64,000 nucleotides of DNA from the human T2T-CHM13v2.0 reference genome, Homo sapiens: NCBI RefSeq assembly GCF_009914755.1, contig NC_060937.1; one strand, written 5' to 3'. The notes beneath the pieces were generated by a model. It made no database searches. It was not told the origin of the DNA and saw only the letters and a program-made list of their open reading frames with translations. The position numbers were made by a program, and so were the translations under genes. Position 1 is the first letter of the stretch; every line of letters starts with the position of its first letter. This document shows, in pieces, positions 29,906 to 46,231 of the stretch.

Positions 29906-32900
29906 CTGTCCACACAGATGGCATCACCATTAAAGTCAGGCAATAGGACCCTTGCCTGGGTTCCCTTTTTGAGAAAGGTGCTCCGTCTCTCCTTTGACTG
30001 TGCCCTAAACCACATTATGAGGAAGCTGAAGGGCCAAGGAGATGCACTCATAGGAAACCATGCTTGCCCTGCTAGGCCACATTCTGGGCATTGGGGTCCT
30101 GAAACACTGTGCTCGGGGGGGCCCTGAGCCTGCTTCCAGAGCTTGCATGGGCTTCTCTCCTGGGCTTGTCCTGAAGGGAACTCCTCATTGTTGGTGTGTG
30201 CACCCTAGATCCAGTGGGGCCAAGGGCAGCTGCTGCGGCAGAAGGGGATGGGAGAGGAACATGCGAGAGAAGCAGCAGGCTGGCAAGGTGAGGAGGGCTG
30301 AAGGCTCATACCTACATCTGCAACCTCCCCTGGGCCACATGTACTGGTATGCCAGGGATACAGGGCAGTGTGCCCCTGCCTGCCTCGCCACATGACTTTC
30401 TTAGAGCAGTTGTTCAACAGGAGCCCTGATTCTGAGGATATTTTCCCACTAGACTCTCTCATTATTGAGTACTTTCCTGCCCAGGGGCCCATCCTCCCAG
30501 CACTTGGATTCCAATGTGGTTTGTGGGAATGATTCATGTGGCGCCTAATAATGGAGAAAGCCGTGGTTTATGGTTTAGTTTTGTCTGTCAGGTAAAGGTG
30601 GAGATAGTGACACACAGGAAAAAGTTCTCACCAAAGTCTCCAAAGGACACTGGGCCAAGGCCCCTCTCTGCATCTCATCTTCACATGGAGGAGGGGGTGG
30701 CCCTGCAAGCCATGGGGACCAAGCAGTGCCTCGTGCTCTTCCCAGGTGAGTGTCAGGAGGGCTGGGGATCAGTGGCTGCAGCAGCAACCCCCATGCTCCC
30801 TTTCTGGTCCCTTCACACGTCCATCTTTTTTCAGCTGTTGACCATGATTGATGTGTTGGACTATGTTTTTTTGGTTGTGCCCCTGGATGGTTGGTTTTTT
30901 GAGATGTGGGGTCAGTCTCTTAATCTCACTTGTCTAACAAGAAGATCCAAACAAAGACCTTCTCCTTCTGGGTTCAAATGGGACGTCTATTCAATGCACA
31001 CTCTGCCCCTCTGACATGCAGTTTCCCTCCCACGTGGGGAGCTCCAGCCCGAATCACTGACCCCACTTCCTCTGACCACACGCTCCCTGACTGCCAGTGT
31101 TCCCTGCCTCTGTTCGCCAGGCTCCACACTCCAGGCTGGAGGCCTTGGTTTCCCCCTCGGCTCCCTGCACCATTGAGCCAGTGGCAGCAAGTAGCTTCAT
31201 CAGCTTTATTGGTGGAGGATCCAGGGGAAGGCTGTTTAACTCCCAGGCCAAGCTCTTTCCTCCTTTCCTCTTAGGCAAAGATCTGGGGCACTAGCTGGCC
31301 ACACATGGGTGATGCTGCCTAAGTCACTTCTTGAAGCACTGGGTTAGACTGGTCCTTCCTGTCTACCTGGACCTTAGGACTCTTCCCCAGCAGGATGGGG
31401 TTAGAGGGCCCAGCGTGACCGAAGCATTGGGAGGGCAGGAACAAGTTAGTGGTGTTTGCCTCTCCCTAAGGCCTGGCTTACACTTGGAGAGGACCAGCCT
31501 TTGACCCTGCACAGCAGGCTGGGGTTCTGCAAACAGCCCCGACCCCAAGATGGATGTTCAGTGTGTATCTGCCCCCAAACTCCCACAGGCCTCAGAAAAC
31601 CGAGGGCTGCCTCTGGGGGAGCAGGCTTTGGGCATTCCTGGGGCTGTCCCTCCGCTCTGCCACTTAACAACCGTGTGGCTGTGGTTGAGTGACTCAGCTC
31701 TCTCTGTAAAGCAGGGATGGAATGAGTCCTTTGAATCAGCATGGGGAAGATCCAGTGAGCTTCTATATGCCCAGCGCATCACAAGGTCTTGGGAATTAGT
31801 GGTTAGTACTGTTGTTGCTGCCATTCATCCATCCCTCTTGTAATTGTTAGTTTACTTTCTGTCTTCCCCAGAAGCTCCTCTCTCCATATCTGTGCCGTCC
31901 GCTTCTCTGACCCCAGAACCCAGTGTCAATACATATGGCTGGATAGATGGTTGAATAAATGAATGAATGAATGAATGAATTTATTGTTATGGAGATTAAA
32001 TGAGACGCCACAAAAGCTCCAGGAACAGAATGACTTTTTATCTGGAGAAGGCAAGGGGACAGGCCACAGGCAGCCCGCATTGAGGCAGGCCCAGGGAGAC
32101 ACATGAGGCCTGGGTTGCAGCATCACAGCACAGCGCGGGAGAGCCCAGTGCTGCTGTGGTGAAGGTGTCCAGGTGGGTCACCCTTGCTGGTGGCTCTTTA
32201 CTTCCGACTTCTGTGTGTACTCACCTTCCCAGACCCTTGGCCTCCCTGGGAGAGCTGCCCTCCTGGACCTGAGCAGTGGGTGACAGCCGCACCTGTCCAC
32301 AGGGAAAATGTTGTCGATTTTCTGTCAGTGTGAACTCTCACATTTACATTTTTGCCAAGCTGAAAATAACAGTAACATAAACACGCCTCCATGGCCCTGT
32401 CCTCTCTGAAGGGAGAGGAGAAAAAAGTGCAGCCCACTCCAGAAAACAATGTTCCCTCTGTTAGCAGACACGGGCTTCTGTTTAAGTCCCCAGGGCCCCC
32501 ACGGCTGCAGTGGAATGAGCTGGGCCCGGCCTGCTGGGTGTACCGGCTGCCTGGGCAGCCCCTCCCGAGGCCAGCCTTGTTTACGACCGTGGGAGAGGGG
32601 GCCGCTCCCAGCCCAGCTAGGCACCCGTGAGGCACTGACCAGCCAGCCCTGTGGGAACCCAGGGCCCTGAATGCCTCCCCTGTGCAGAAGGGTCAGTGCT
32701 TTCCAACCCTCTGCCCTGTGCACTGTGGTCAAGGGCACATCATGTCCCCAAGCACAGAGTGTGCTCAGGGTCCTATTCTTCACAACAGCCTTCCTTTCAC
32801 TGCCTGCTCAGCAAGCAGAAAAGGTTAACATTTCCATCTTCCGTCCTAAGGAGATGCCTGCTGGGACTTGGTCTCAGGCATGAGTCTTTTCTTCCTCCTT

Positions 32901-34158
32901 CCTGGGAGGGGTTGGAACTAAGCCTCAAAGCAGAGTAGCTGACAACGTGGCGTGGGAGAGGCTTGGATGTGTCACTGGAGAGAAACATTCTTGCCACCCC
33001 CACCCTAAAGAGGCTGCGGGGACAGGCAGCCCAGCCCTCCTGGCCTATTTTCGGGCTGGAGAGAGGTTCAGTCTCAGGCACAGTTTTGGGAGGCAGATCA
33101 GCCTCCCTGTTCCGGCCTCCCACTCCCATGGAGCTCTCTGCTGCCTCTTCCAAGGGGCCACAGATACCCGTTCCTTGCTCTATTTCTTCACCAGCCCTAC
33201 CTGTTCTCAGTCCATTACCTCATGGCCCTGCTCTCTGCTTACTAAAGTGACAATTCGTCTATAAGGAAGCCCTTGCACTGTAGCTGAGGATTCGCGAGGC
33301 TGCACCCTCAGCAGGCACTGTGGCCACACAGCACTGGCCTGAGATCTGAGTTCCTGGAGCCTCGGCCCTGAGGCCCATGGTGAGTATCTCTGTAGCTACT
33401 CAGCCAGCCTGCCTTGGCCTGGTGATCAATAACCTGGGACCTTTCCCCCAGCACCAGCATCTGTGAGCTCAAGGAAGACATCTGAACTTCTTGATAGCAG
33501 GGCAGGGCCAAACCATCTACTGAAATCATCAGCAAAAGTGAGGGGAATGCAGGACTGGTCGCTCCAGAAACTTCTAACTTTTTAGCTAGATGTAAATCAT
33601 CGCACAGCTTTTGCTGCAATATGGACATTGTGAAGGGTGTTTTGCCTCTTTTAGGGGTGCAATAAAAAAGGAAAAATAATGGAATGAGAAAAAAATCCAA
33701 AAAATGGATAAAAATCTTTGGTCAAGTCCTGTAAAACTATGATCTTAGTTCTCAGAGTCTATGGGAAACACATCACAGTGGGTCGACTTATTTCTGTCTC
33801 CAACCCTAGAGACCATCTCGTGTAAAAAAAAAAAATTTTGTAAAACAAGAAGAGTTAGTCTTATTATTCAGTATACCACAATTACTTGCTTAGTTTTCAT
33901 TTTGTTGAGCTGCTTCTGGTTTAAATATAATATATATATTTGAAGTCTTAATAGCCATTGTGATCACAAAACTGCTGGCAAGTTTTATCAAAACCCTTAA
34001 GACAGGCAAACGTGAGGCTCTTAAAGAGAAAATCCTCAGTCGCCCCCTCATTTCTAATTTATCTAGCACAGTCAGTAAACATGTCTTTCAGAGGGAACTG
34101 AAGACAATTAGAAATAAATCAAGATACAAATGAATTCAATACTTACTGTTGTATAGAT

Positions 34159-34367
34159 CAGCAGCTGTCAACCAAAGGGTAGCTTTGCCTCCCAGGGGAC
34201 ATTTGGCAATGTCTGCAGACATTTTTGATTGTCGCAGCTTGGAGAAGAAAGGCTGCCGCTAGCATTCGGCGGTACAGACTAGGAAGTCTACAATGCTCAG
34301 AATGGCCTCCCACAACAAAGAATTGTCTGGCTTGAAATTCCATAGTGTCAAGGTTAGAAATGCTGGT
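34159..34367 (+). mobile_element. MER20 DNA transposon
   Basis: ccaggggacatttggcaatgtctgcagacatttttgattgtc...cccacaacaaagaattgtctgg. Confidence 0.85.
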
Positions 34368-36019
34368 ATAGAAACTATGAGAGACACAAAACGGCATAAA
34401 GGCATAATTACTGCGTTTTAGGAATTTGCAAGCTAACTTGTTTTCAAAATGCTACATAATGAAAACAGACTTTAATTTCTCGTATTTATTTCCCTTGCTC
34501 TGGTCCCTGTTTGAGATGTATGGGAAAGCCAGGAGTCCCGCGATGCTTCTGAGTGAGGCATTCTGGGTAGCGCCAAGAAGGGCAGTACAGGGACATTGGT
34601 GCATGGGCCACGGGCAGATGGCCCTTGCTGGGCTCAGCTGTTCACTGGAATGTGCACTATTCTTGGGATGACAGTGAATGACTAAGCCATTTTACCTTCA
34701 GGGGGTCTGCAGCTCTGAGGCCACCCAAGGACACCAAAACCAGGCCAGGAAGCTCTAGTGGGGAAGGTGATGAGAGGGGGGGCGTCGGTGCACAGAGCGG
34801 CACCGTGGCTGCGTCCAAGTCCAGTCGGGTTTTGGAATCTTGTCCTGCGTGTCTGTTTGTGATTCTCTCACTCTCCTCTGGCTTCTGGACCTACCATGTT
34901 CTATGGAGCATCCAAAACTGGGGAGCTGACACCTCAGGGCCAGCCCTGCACTCTCATTTCTGGCGTATACCACAGTGGGCCTTACTTGGGAGGCATTCGG
35001 GGCAGGGCCCAGCACAGACGAGATTCTCAGAATGTGTGGACGATGGCACTGTAGTTGAAGAGGGGAGTCCTCGCTTCTAGAGCTCCACGCCTGAATATTT
35101 ACAATGAAATGATGTGATAGCCGGGATTTACTTCAGAGTAACCTGGAGTGCAGAGACAGAGGCTAGGCGATGGGAAACGAGAATGGCCATGAGCCTTGGG
35201 GATGGCCCATGGGGGTCTGATCTACATCTGTCTCTGCTTTCGCATGCATTTGAAATTGTTCATAAAAATATCTGTTAAACCATACTTGTCCCTCCAAGGC
35301 CAAGGCATGGTATAGGGGCCAAGGTGAGTGAAGAGGCCCCGGTTCTCTTTTGGAGAGAATTACTTGGTTTGGAATGAGAGTTTTTAATATCTCCCTGTTG
35401 ATCTGGAAGAGTGGGGCTCCTGTCACGGGTGGGTAGGGGACCCAGTGCCAGTGGTTAGGGGAGGCTGGAGGCTGGCTGGGTCCATCAGGATGTGCTGGTG
35501 AGGACGCGGCTCGGGCCATCCCCTCAGAGCTGCCCTGAAGCAGGAGGCCTTGCAGGGGTTTGAGGAGGCCGAGTCTGCACTCAAGAGGTTGCAAGAACCA
35601 AGCTGCCCTGATGCCGGGGATGGGCCCCAGGCTGACAGCCTGAGCACAAGCCAGGCCTGAAGGGCACTGAGCGGCCAGAGCTGACGGCACTTCTGAGGGG
35701 CTGAATCAGAGTCAGTCCCAGGAGAGGGATGAAAGGAATCAGGAGGGCTTGTTTGTGCTTTAAGCCTGTCCACAAGAACCAGGAGATGGGCTCCTGGGAT
35801 TTCACAATTCGAGGTCCGTCTGGTGCCTCCTGCATCCTCTGCACTTGCACATTGTGTGACATATGAAAGTCGGAAGTGACCTGAAGACACGTGCACCACA
35901 AGGGATGCTGTGGAGACGCCCTACAGGGACTCTGATGTGGGGGGCATTTCCGATTTCTGGGGCCTGGCTTTTAGATGAAGGCAGCAGAAAGTTACCTAAA
36001 GACAGCAATGGAGAGGTCT

Positions 36020-36510
36020 TTAGTGATCCACTGCTGTGTAATAAACCACCCCGAACTTAATGGCTTGTAACAGCAAGCGTATATTCCCTGCCATGTTTCC
36101 GCAGGTTGACTAGGCTCAGCTGGGCAGTTCTTGGCTGGTCTCACTTGGGGTCTCTTGGGAGGTTGCAGGCAGAATGCGCCTGGGCTGGAGTCCTCTGGTC
36201 ACTCTCCCAGGGTCCCAGAACAGCTGCCTGTCTACGTGGTCTCAAGGCCTTCGCTCCCTATATGGCCTTTCTATGCAGTGTCTCCATGCAGACTTTCTGG
36301 TGAAGGGAGCTGGGGGCTTCTCACATGGAGGCTCGGGGCTCCTCAAAGTGCAGAACCAGAAGCCTTCTTAACACTTAGCCAGAAGCTGGCCCAGTGTCAC
36401 TTCTTCCTCCTTCCTTTGGTTGAGCTGTTGTGGCCAGCTCAGGTCCAGGGTAGGGAAGTAAATTCTTGATGGGAGAATGACAAGGAATTGTGGCCATCAT
36501 TAATCCACCA
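36020..36510 (-). mobile_element. Old MLT1 LTR
   Basis: ctgctgtgtaataaaccacccgaacttaatggctt...ggctcagctgggcagttct...cttgatgggagaatgacaagg. Confidence 0.7.
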
Positions 36511-38419
36511 TAGGGACCCAGTCTGGAGCCTGCACAGAAGTGGGGAAGCTGCGGCCGTGTTAGGTGATGCCGTCTTGTAGACGCGGGAGATGCCAGAACC
36601 GCTATCCCTGGCTCCTTCTCTGTGTCCTCGCTGACTTGAACAAGCAATGGGTCATTGTAACATCTTCAGATGCCTCTTGGCTTCATGTCATCAGCTATAA
36701 AGTGGCATCACAGTGATATCTCTCTGGGGCCAGCCCTGGGTCCACCTGCCAACCACCTCCCTGTGCACAGTTCTTGGAAGTCATTCATTCACCTGACCAG
36801 ACGCTGAAGCCAGACCCGTCCCCACCCACTGAGGCCACCTCCGTAAGGTCAGGTTGTGGCCATGTGCTGGGTCATTTCACTCCCTTCTGGGCTCACAGGA
36901 AGGAAGGAGGTCTTTGCAGGGGCAAATGGAGCACCACCTCATGTCTGCTGCACCTGCTCACATCCTCTAGCTCCTCCTCCCAGCAAACCTGCCTCAAGGG
37001 CACACAGAGTCCTGGTGGAGTCAAGACTCGAGTCCAGGTCCTCATACAGCAATGCCTTGTCTTCCCTGCAGGCTCCCAGGGGCAGGCAGGTGGGAGATGG
37101 GTGCACAGGGAGTGCCATCGTCCCCACACCCAGACTCCTCAGGGATTCTCTTTCCTCAGTTACAAAGAGTGCTGGCTCTGCTAGCCAGGACAGATGTTAG
37201 CAATTTTCAAGGAGCAAACATTTCTCATTTCATCTTACCTTAATCAAGTTACTTGGGCCCTATCCACAAAAGTGTCTGAGGAACAGATGACTGAAGAAGG
37301 GTGACAGCTGCTGCTGGCCTGGTGGGGGCCTCTGTGCAGTGAATGGCTGGCTGGCTGCTGGATGTGGCGTGGCTTGCTGATGGGCATGAATGTGGGGAGC
37401 GGGAGCCTGCCTCTCAGCTTCCTGCATCTGGAATTGAAATTGGACCTGTTTGCAGGTCAGTGTGCCCTGGGGGAACTGCCATTCTCTCACTCTCCTCTGG
37501 GTCCTGGCTACCACTCCAGCCTGTCCCAGTGCCCATGGCTGGGAAAGGAACACCCAGGACATCGCTGGCTCAGCCCACACTCTGTCACCTCTCTGCCACA
37601 TTCTACACACCGTGGGCCCTTTTGGGAGACTTTCTGGGCAAGGCTTTACCAGATTGCATTTAAAAATAATCTTTCAAATATGCTTCACCTTCAAAGCCAG
37701 GCTAGAGATGGAGAGGCATAAAGCGTGACCAGGAGGATTCAATGTTTTCTTGGAGAGTCTGATTTGATTTCAGTGCTGAGTAGGAGGAGAATGTCCTGCA
37801 GCCCCTCTCTGTTTCACCTTAATTTGTAAGGACAGGGGTGTTTCTTCCCCCCCACAGTGCCTAGACCTTTGCTAAGCACAGTTGGAATCAGCAAACATCA
37901 AGAAGCACTGAAGATGCACTTGCTGATCGAAGGTAATTGCTCTCGACCTTGGCCGAATACTAGGAAACTTTAAAAATCATGGATGCCTGGCTCCCACCCC
38001 CACATTCTGGCAATTGGCCTGGAGTAGGACCCGACAGAAACTCCCCTGTGATTCTACTGTGCAGGCGAGGTGAGGCCTCCTGCCCCGATGCCTGCTCCTC
38101 CGCTCCTACCAGCCCTGCTGGATTGAGCCTGACTTTGCCTCAGCTCGGGTGTGCTCACAGGGGTGTCCAGCCAGCTGCCTCTTGTCACCACCATGACCTG
38201 GACAAGCCCTGCTGCTTCCCAGTACATTCGGACAACGGGACCGGAGGAAAGAGGATCTCAGTTGGAGAGTCCAAGGTGCCTCAAATCAAAAGATAAAACT
38301 TGCAGATGGCTGCCAATGGCTCGGGAAGACACCGCTAAAGTCATGTCATGCCATAACTGGGACTGCATCTGTGAGGGAGGAGCATGACCTTGGAGGCAGA
38401 AGGTCAAGGTCAAGGCTCA

Positions 38420-39585
38420 CCCATTCTACTCCATGTGCTTGGCTTCCCCATCTCCATAAATGGCAGCTTCATGTTTTCAGTATTGCAAGCCAGTGGACTT
38501 ATGGTCATCTTTGATTCCTCTTTCTCTCACATTTCACATCTAATCCATCAGCAAATCTTGTTGGCTCCACATTCCAAATATATCCGGACTCTGACGGCTG
38601 CTCACCACCTCTGCTAGCATCTTGTCAGGTCTGAATTACCGCAACCACCTCCTAACTGGTCCCTCTGAGTCCATCCCTGGCCCGTCACAGTCTATTCTCA
38701 TCGTGGCACCCAGAGCAGTCCTTTCAAAATGCAATTCGGAGTATGTCACCCTTCTGTTCAGAACCTTCACTGGATTCTAAACTTACATCGTGGGACATCC
38801 CAAATTTTTACTGTAATCTCTAAGACTGGCCAGGTCTGGTGCCTGCTGTCTCCTGGGCTCATTTTCTGCTGCTCTCCTCCTCATTTATGCCAATCTGGCC
38901 ACCCCAGCCTCCTTGCTGTTCTCTAAGATTCCCACGGTCCCACTGCAAGGCCTTTGCACTTGCTGTTCCCTCTGAGTAGAACACCCTTCTTGATATTTGC
39001 ACAGCTCACTGCCTTCCTTCCTTCAGGTTTGTCTTCAGTTATTATCTTATCAGAGAGGCCTCCCTGTGTACCTTACTTAAAATAGTGTCCCCTAACCGAA
39101 TTCTAACGCTTTTTTTTTTTTTTAATTTTTTTTGGAGGCAAGGTCTCACTCTGTTGCCCAGGCTGGAGTGCAGTAGCCTGATCACAGCTCACTGCAGCCC
39201 TGACCTCCTGGGCTCAAGCAATCCTTCCACCTCAGCCTCCCTAGTAGCTGGGACTACAGGCATGCACCACCACACTTGCCTAATTTTTGTATTTTTTTGT
39301 AGAGTCGGGGTCTCACTGTCTTACCTGGGCTGGTCTCAATCTCCTGGGCTCAAGTGATCCTCTCAACTCAGCCTCCCAAAGTGCTGAGATTACAGGTATG
39401 AGCCACCTTTTTCCTTTCATTCTCAGAATCTGTCACCACCCACATATTATACATTTACTTGTTTACTTGCAGGCTCTTTCCCCTAGAATGTGTGTTCCCT
39501 AAGAGCAAGTTCACTGTGGTGCCTCCAGCACCCAGGATAGTGTCTGAAACACAGCAAGTGCTCAGCAAATATTTGCTGAATGCAT
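38420..39585. mobile_element. L2 3' region with a nested Alu
   Basis: ctttgattcctctttctctcac...ggcctttgcacttgctgttccctctg...gtgctcagcaaatatttgctgaatg. Confidence 0.75.
39110..39407 (-). mobile_element. AluJ element
   Basis: Antisense dimer with the J diagnostic ctcctgggctcaagcaatcc. Confidence 0.88.
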
Positions 39586-40529
39586 GAGTACATGTATGAG
39601 GAAAAGCAGTTGCAAAGAAGATTCCAGGGTGGGTCTTTTGGGAGGTCATGTGAACCAGACCTTAAAAGACTGAGGGTGAGCATGTAGGGGTGGAGCGAGA
39701 GGCTTTTCCAGAAAAGGGGATAAACAGCTGTCAAGTTGGTCAGGAGCTCAGGCCAGCGGTGGGAGTGTGGGTGTGAGTGGAGCATCTGGATGGAGCTGTG
39801 CGCGCCCAGCTCATGAACCCCCCTCAGAGCTACTGAGGCTGAGCTGATGTGCTTGGGAGCCCTGTGCAGCCAGGAGAAGGCACTGCATGGGCGTCCAGGT
39901 TAACTGCATGACTCAATTGCTCTCTCAGTTTGATACCACAGACCACATAGCCTCCAGGTTTAGTTTCTCAGAACCACTCATGAAGGTCCTACTAACCAGG
40001 GCTGACCTCTGGAGGTGAGTGGAGCTGGTGTGGTTTAAAGGGATGGATTTTTCTGCCTCCCCCAACCTGGCTGAGGCCTGAGATGGCTTTTGTTGCCTTT
40101 GGGCTTTGTGGACCTCACTTGGCCTTGTGAGCATAATTGCATTCAGCCCCTCCAGGAGTGGTAACACGTTCGGGGTAGGGAGCGGACACTGAGGTGGTGC
40201 ACTGTGGGAGACAGGGAGGGAAAGGTAGGTTTTGAGTCTGAGGAACTGACTATAACCCAGGCTGGGGCCCAGCCAGGAGGCTGTTTGGGTACAAACTCAG
40301 TCTTGCGAGGATTGCACGGCTGTGTGCTCACAAACACGGCCAGGCAGCTACTGAACATCCGTCACCAGCTCCTTCCTGTGTCTGGTGACAACAAGTTGCC
40401 TGTGTACCTATTAGTGCCAGGTAATGTCAGGTACTTTACCACATTACCTGGTTAATCATCTCCAAAAAATTATGGAAAGATAAGAAATTCATTGTGCAGT
40501 TGGGGAAATGGAGGCATAGAAAACTTCCT

Positions 40530-42895
<2,366 letters not shown>

Positions 42896-43436
42896 TTTTA
42901 TTTTTTAGGACAGAAAACTAGTTAGTATGGGGTCATGATTTGAATCCAATGTCCATGCACTTAAGGTCATCTGCGCCAATACCTCTGGGGCTTGCTAGGC
43001 AGCATGTGGTCACTTGGAACTGTCTCAGGTACCCAGAGAAAAATGGTTTCTGTTGGGTGTCACTATGTGCCACTATCTGGGCACAGCTTCCTGGGTATCT
43101 GCTTGTCACCAGGGACTGATCTAGACACAAATTCATGTTCAGTGTCACACAGCCATCCTTGTCCCTGCCACTACTAAGATTTTGTTACAGGGTCAAGCTT
43201 GTGTGTCTGATTTGCTCTTCCGTTGAGTTGGAATTGTTTCCAGTTGTTTTCTCATCTCTCATGTGGATGGATTAGGGGTGGCCAAGCTACCACTCTAGCA
43301 GATATGGCAAAATTCCTGCTTGGGCTAAAGCTGAGATGCCTCCTCTGCTGCCCTATTATCATGGGTACTAACAGGAGCCCTGGGAATTTCTTTTCCCTAA
43401 GATATTTTAAATAGGGTAGACTTTCTCATCTTTGAC

Positions 43437-43545
43437 CTATCCATACACCCACCACCCACCCACTCATTTATCTGTCCATCCATCCATCCATCCATCCAAC
43501 CATGCATTCATCCATCCGTCCGTCCCTCTGTCTGTCCATTGTGCA
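43437..43545. repeat. (CATC)n-type low-complexity repeat
   Basis: Directly visible. Confidence 0.8.
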
Positions 43546-44910
43546 TTCATTCCATTTGACTAATCCATGTTGTTCAGGGCTCTTTGCAAAGTGACTGACT
43601 GAAGCACAGTTTTGCCTGGGTTGGGGAACATGGGCCAAGTGATTTTCTCTAAAGTCTTCTAGGGATTTATTAATCTAGGTGTCTTATTGGGTTGTGTGCA
43701 GGTAGGAATGTTTGGCAGCCATGATGATCTGCCGGAGAATCCCAGGCAGCCTCACAAAGGCTGAGATGATTCTGATGCTCCCTGTTGATTTCCCTTTTTT
43801 CTTGTTTTTGTTTAGGCCATAGAACAAGCCATTTTCAACAAAAGGACTTGCAAATTCCTGCCTTAGGGCTCCTTCTGCACAGGACAGACCTTTCATCACC
43901 AACCCAACTTGTAATCTTGGGTAAAGAAGGTTCTCAGCTCATTTTCAAGAAGAAAAAAAAAATGTAAGTAAAACAAAACAGCCACATCACGAAGTTGCTC
44001 CACATAATGAGGCCTGCTCTGTTGACCTATCATTACCCTGGGCTCCAGGCAGGCCTGGGCTGCCCGGCCAACCTCCCACCTTATCCCTGGCCAGTCAAGG
44101 TTGGGGTCAACAGCTGGGCAGCCCAGAGGCCACCACAGTGGCTGTGAGGATAAGGCTGCTTTTCAGGGTCTGGCCTTGCCTAGAGCTGCTTGGCTGGATG
44201 GTGGTAGCTGAGGAGGAGGAGAAGAGTCCTCTGAGGCCTGCCAGCTCAGCTACCCTGGGACATTCCAAATCCAGGCTTTTGCTTGAACTACACTTACCCT
44301 CCCTTTCTTTTGGGGCTCCTTGACTCTTCTTGGCTCATGTGGGTCTTGCCTGCTTTTCAGAGCCAGAACTTGTTCTGCCTCCCAGGCCCATGGTGCCTCC
44401 CCATCCCACAGCTATTTGTTCAGCAAAAATTTATTAACCACTTTTCAGGGCCAGGCCAAAGATAAACAAGACTTGATCCCTGCTCTTGTTCCTCCCACAA
44501 TAGGGAAGGCCGATATGGAAAGAATGATGAGAGAGTGTGGTGAGCACCTAGGGCCATTCTTACTGCCTCAGGACCACAGAAGCTGGTGTCAAATGCTGTT
44601 GAGTTATTTCTCCACACTCTTTTGGTGATGCATCCTGTTTTCCCAGTTGATTGAAAACACCTAGAGGGAAGGGTCTTAAATGTCTTCTCTCATTTTCTGA
44701 GTGCCTTGCATGGTGGTGACCCAAGTAATGAAATAGCTGTCCAGCAGCAAGGAACTGTTTCCTTCAATCCAAATTTTACTGGATTTCTTGGTCTTTATTT
44801 CAATCTGGGAGCATTAGGTTATGAGAAAAACAACAAACCTAACTAACCTCCTATATTTGTTAGGCTGCTGTGCAAATTGGTGGGGGTCTCTGATCCATAC
44901 CATCACCCAG

Positions 44911-45275
44911 TGTCTTAGTCAGCTTGGGCTGCTATAACATATTACTGTGGGTGACTGGGTGGATTAAACCACAAGCATTTATTTCTCACAGTTCTGGAGA
45001 CTGGGAAGTCCAAGATCAAGGTGCCAGCAGGTCCAGTGTCTGGTAGGAGCTGGCTTCCTGCTTTACAGACAGCAATCTTCCCATTATATCCTCACATGGT
45101 GGAGAGTGGGACAGAGCTCTTGTGTCTCTTCTTTTAAATGCACCAATCCCATTAATGAGGCCTTCACCTCATGATTTAATCACCTACCAAAGTCCCCACC
45201 TCCTGATACCATCACAGCAGCATTTAGGATTTAACACAGGAATTTTGGGGGAACATAAATATTCAGTCCATAACA
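44911..45275 (-). mobile_element. MLT1A/MST-type LTR
   Basis: tgtcttagtcagcttgggctgctataaca...attcagtccataaca. Confidence 0.8.
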
Positions 45276-46084
45276 CCCAGGATCCCAGGTTCATTGAAGC
45301 TTTGCTATCTTAGGTAGAGCTACACCATCTAAAACACATAGTTTTCTCCGTCACCCCGATTCTGTGAAAGAGAGCTGGAGGGTTGCCTACTAGCTCTTAA
45401 AGGCTTTAGCCCACTATTGACACATCACTTCTGCTCACAGCCCAGTGGCCAGAACCAGTCTCACCGTCCTGACCTAACTGCAAGGGCCCAGAGAAATATG
45501 GGAGATGTGTGAGCAGTAAATGACTCTGCCATAGTTCCCAAGCTAGCTTAAGTGAAAAGGGGGTGGCTGGGAGGACACCAAGGCATCTTATGGGTCTCTA
45601 TCTAGGAAGGGGGTCCATCCAAGCCCCCAAAGGAACCGCAACCAGACGTTGGAAAGTTAGGACCCATAGTCACATTCTTAGAGTTCCAGGGTGCCGTATT
45701 TACTTCTCTCTCCTTCAGTCAGCAAGTTGACTTTTTCTTTTTTCTTTTTGGGTAGACTGGTTTTCTTTGCTTTTCAAATACAATGGGAATAAGAACAGTC
45801 CCTGTCTGAAGGAGCTGTGAGGATATAATGAGTTTATCCATGTAAAGTGTTCAGGAAGTGCCTGGCGCATGGGAAGTGCTAGGTAAGAGTTAGCTATTGC
45901 TATTATTTTATGTAATAATAGTAATATTTTTAATTATTCTCCTTGCATATGCCAAAACATGGCTGCCTAGGCTTAGCCTCTAAGACTCCCCCGAGAAGGA
46001 ACTGACTAAAGGGACCAGTTCTTTTGGGAGCTGAGTGCCTAACTGAGTCAGGGTTCTCCCTGGGTTTGGGGAGAGGGAACAGGC

Positions 46085-46231
46085 CAGCATGCCCAGCTAA
46101 TTTTTAAAAATTTTTCGTTGAGATGGGATCTCCCAGTGTTGCTCAGGCTGGCCTTGAACTCCTGGGCTCAAGTGTTCCTCACGCCTCGGCCTCCCAAATT
46201 GTTGGGATTACAGGCATGAGCCACTGTACCC
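46085..46231 (-). mobile_element. Alu left monomer/FLAM_C
   Basis: gcccagctaattttt...cttgaactcctgggctcaag...gagccactgtacccg. Confidence 0.8.
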
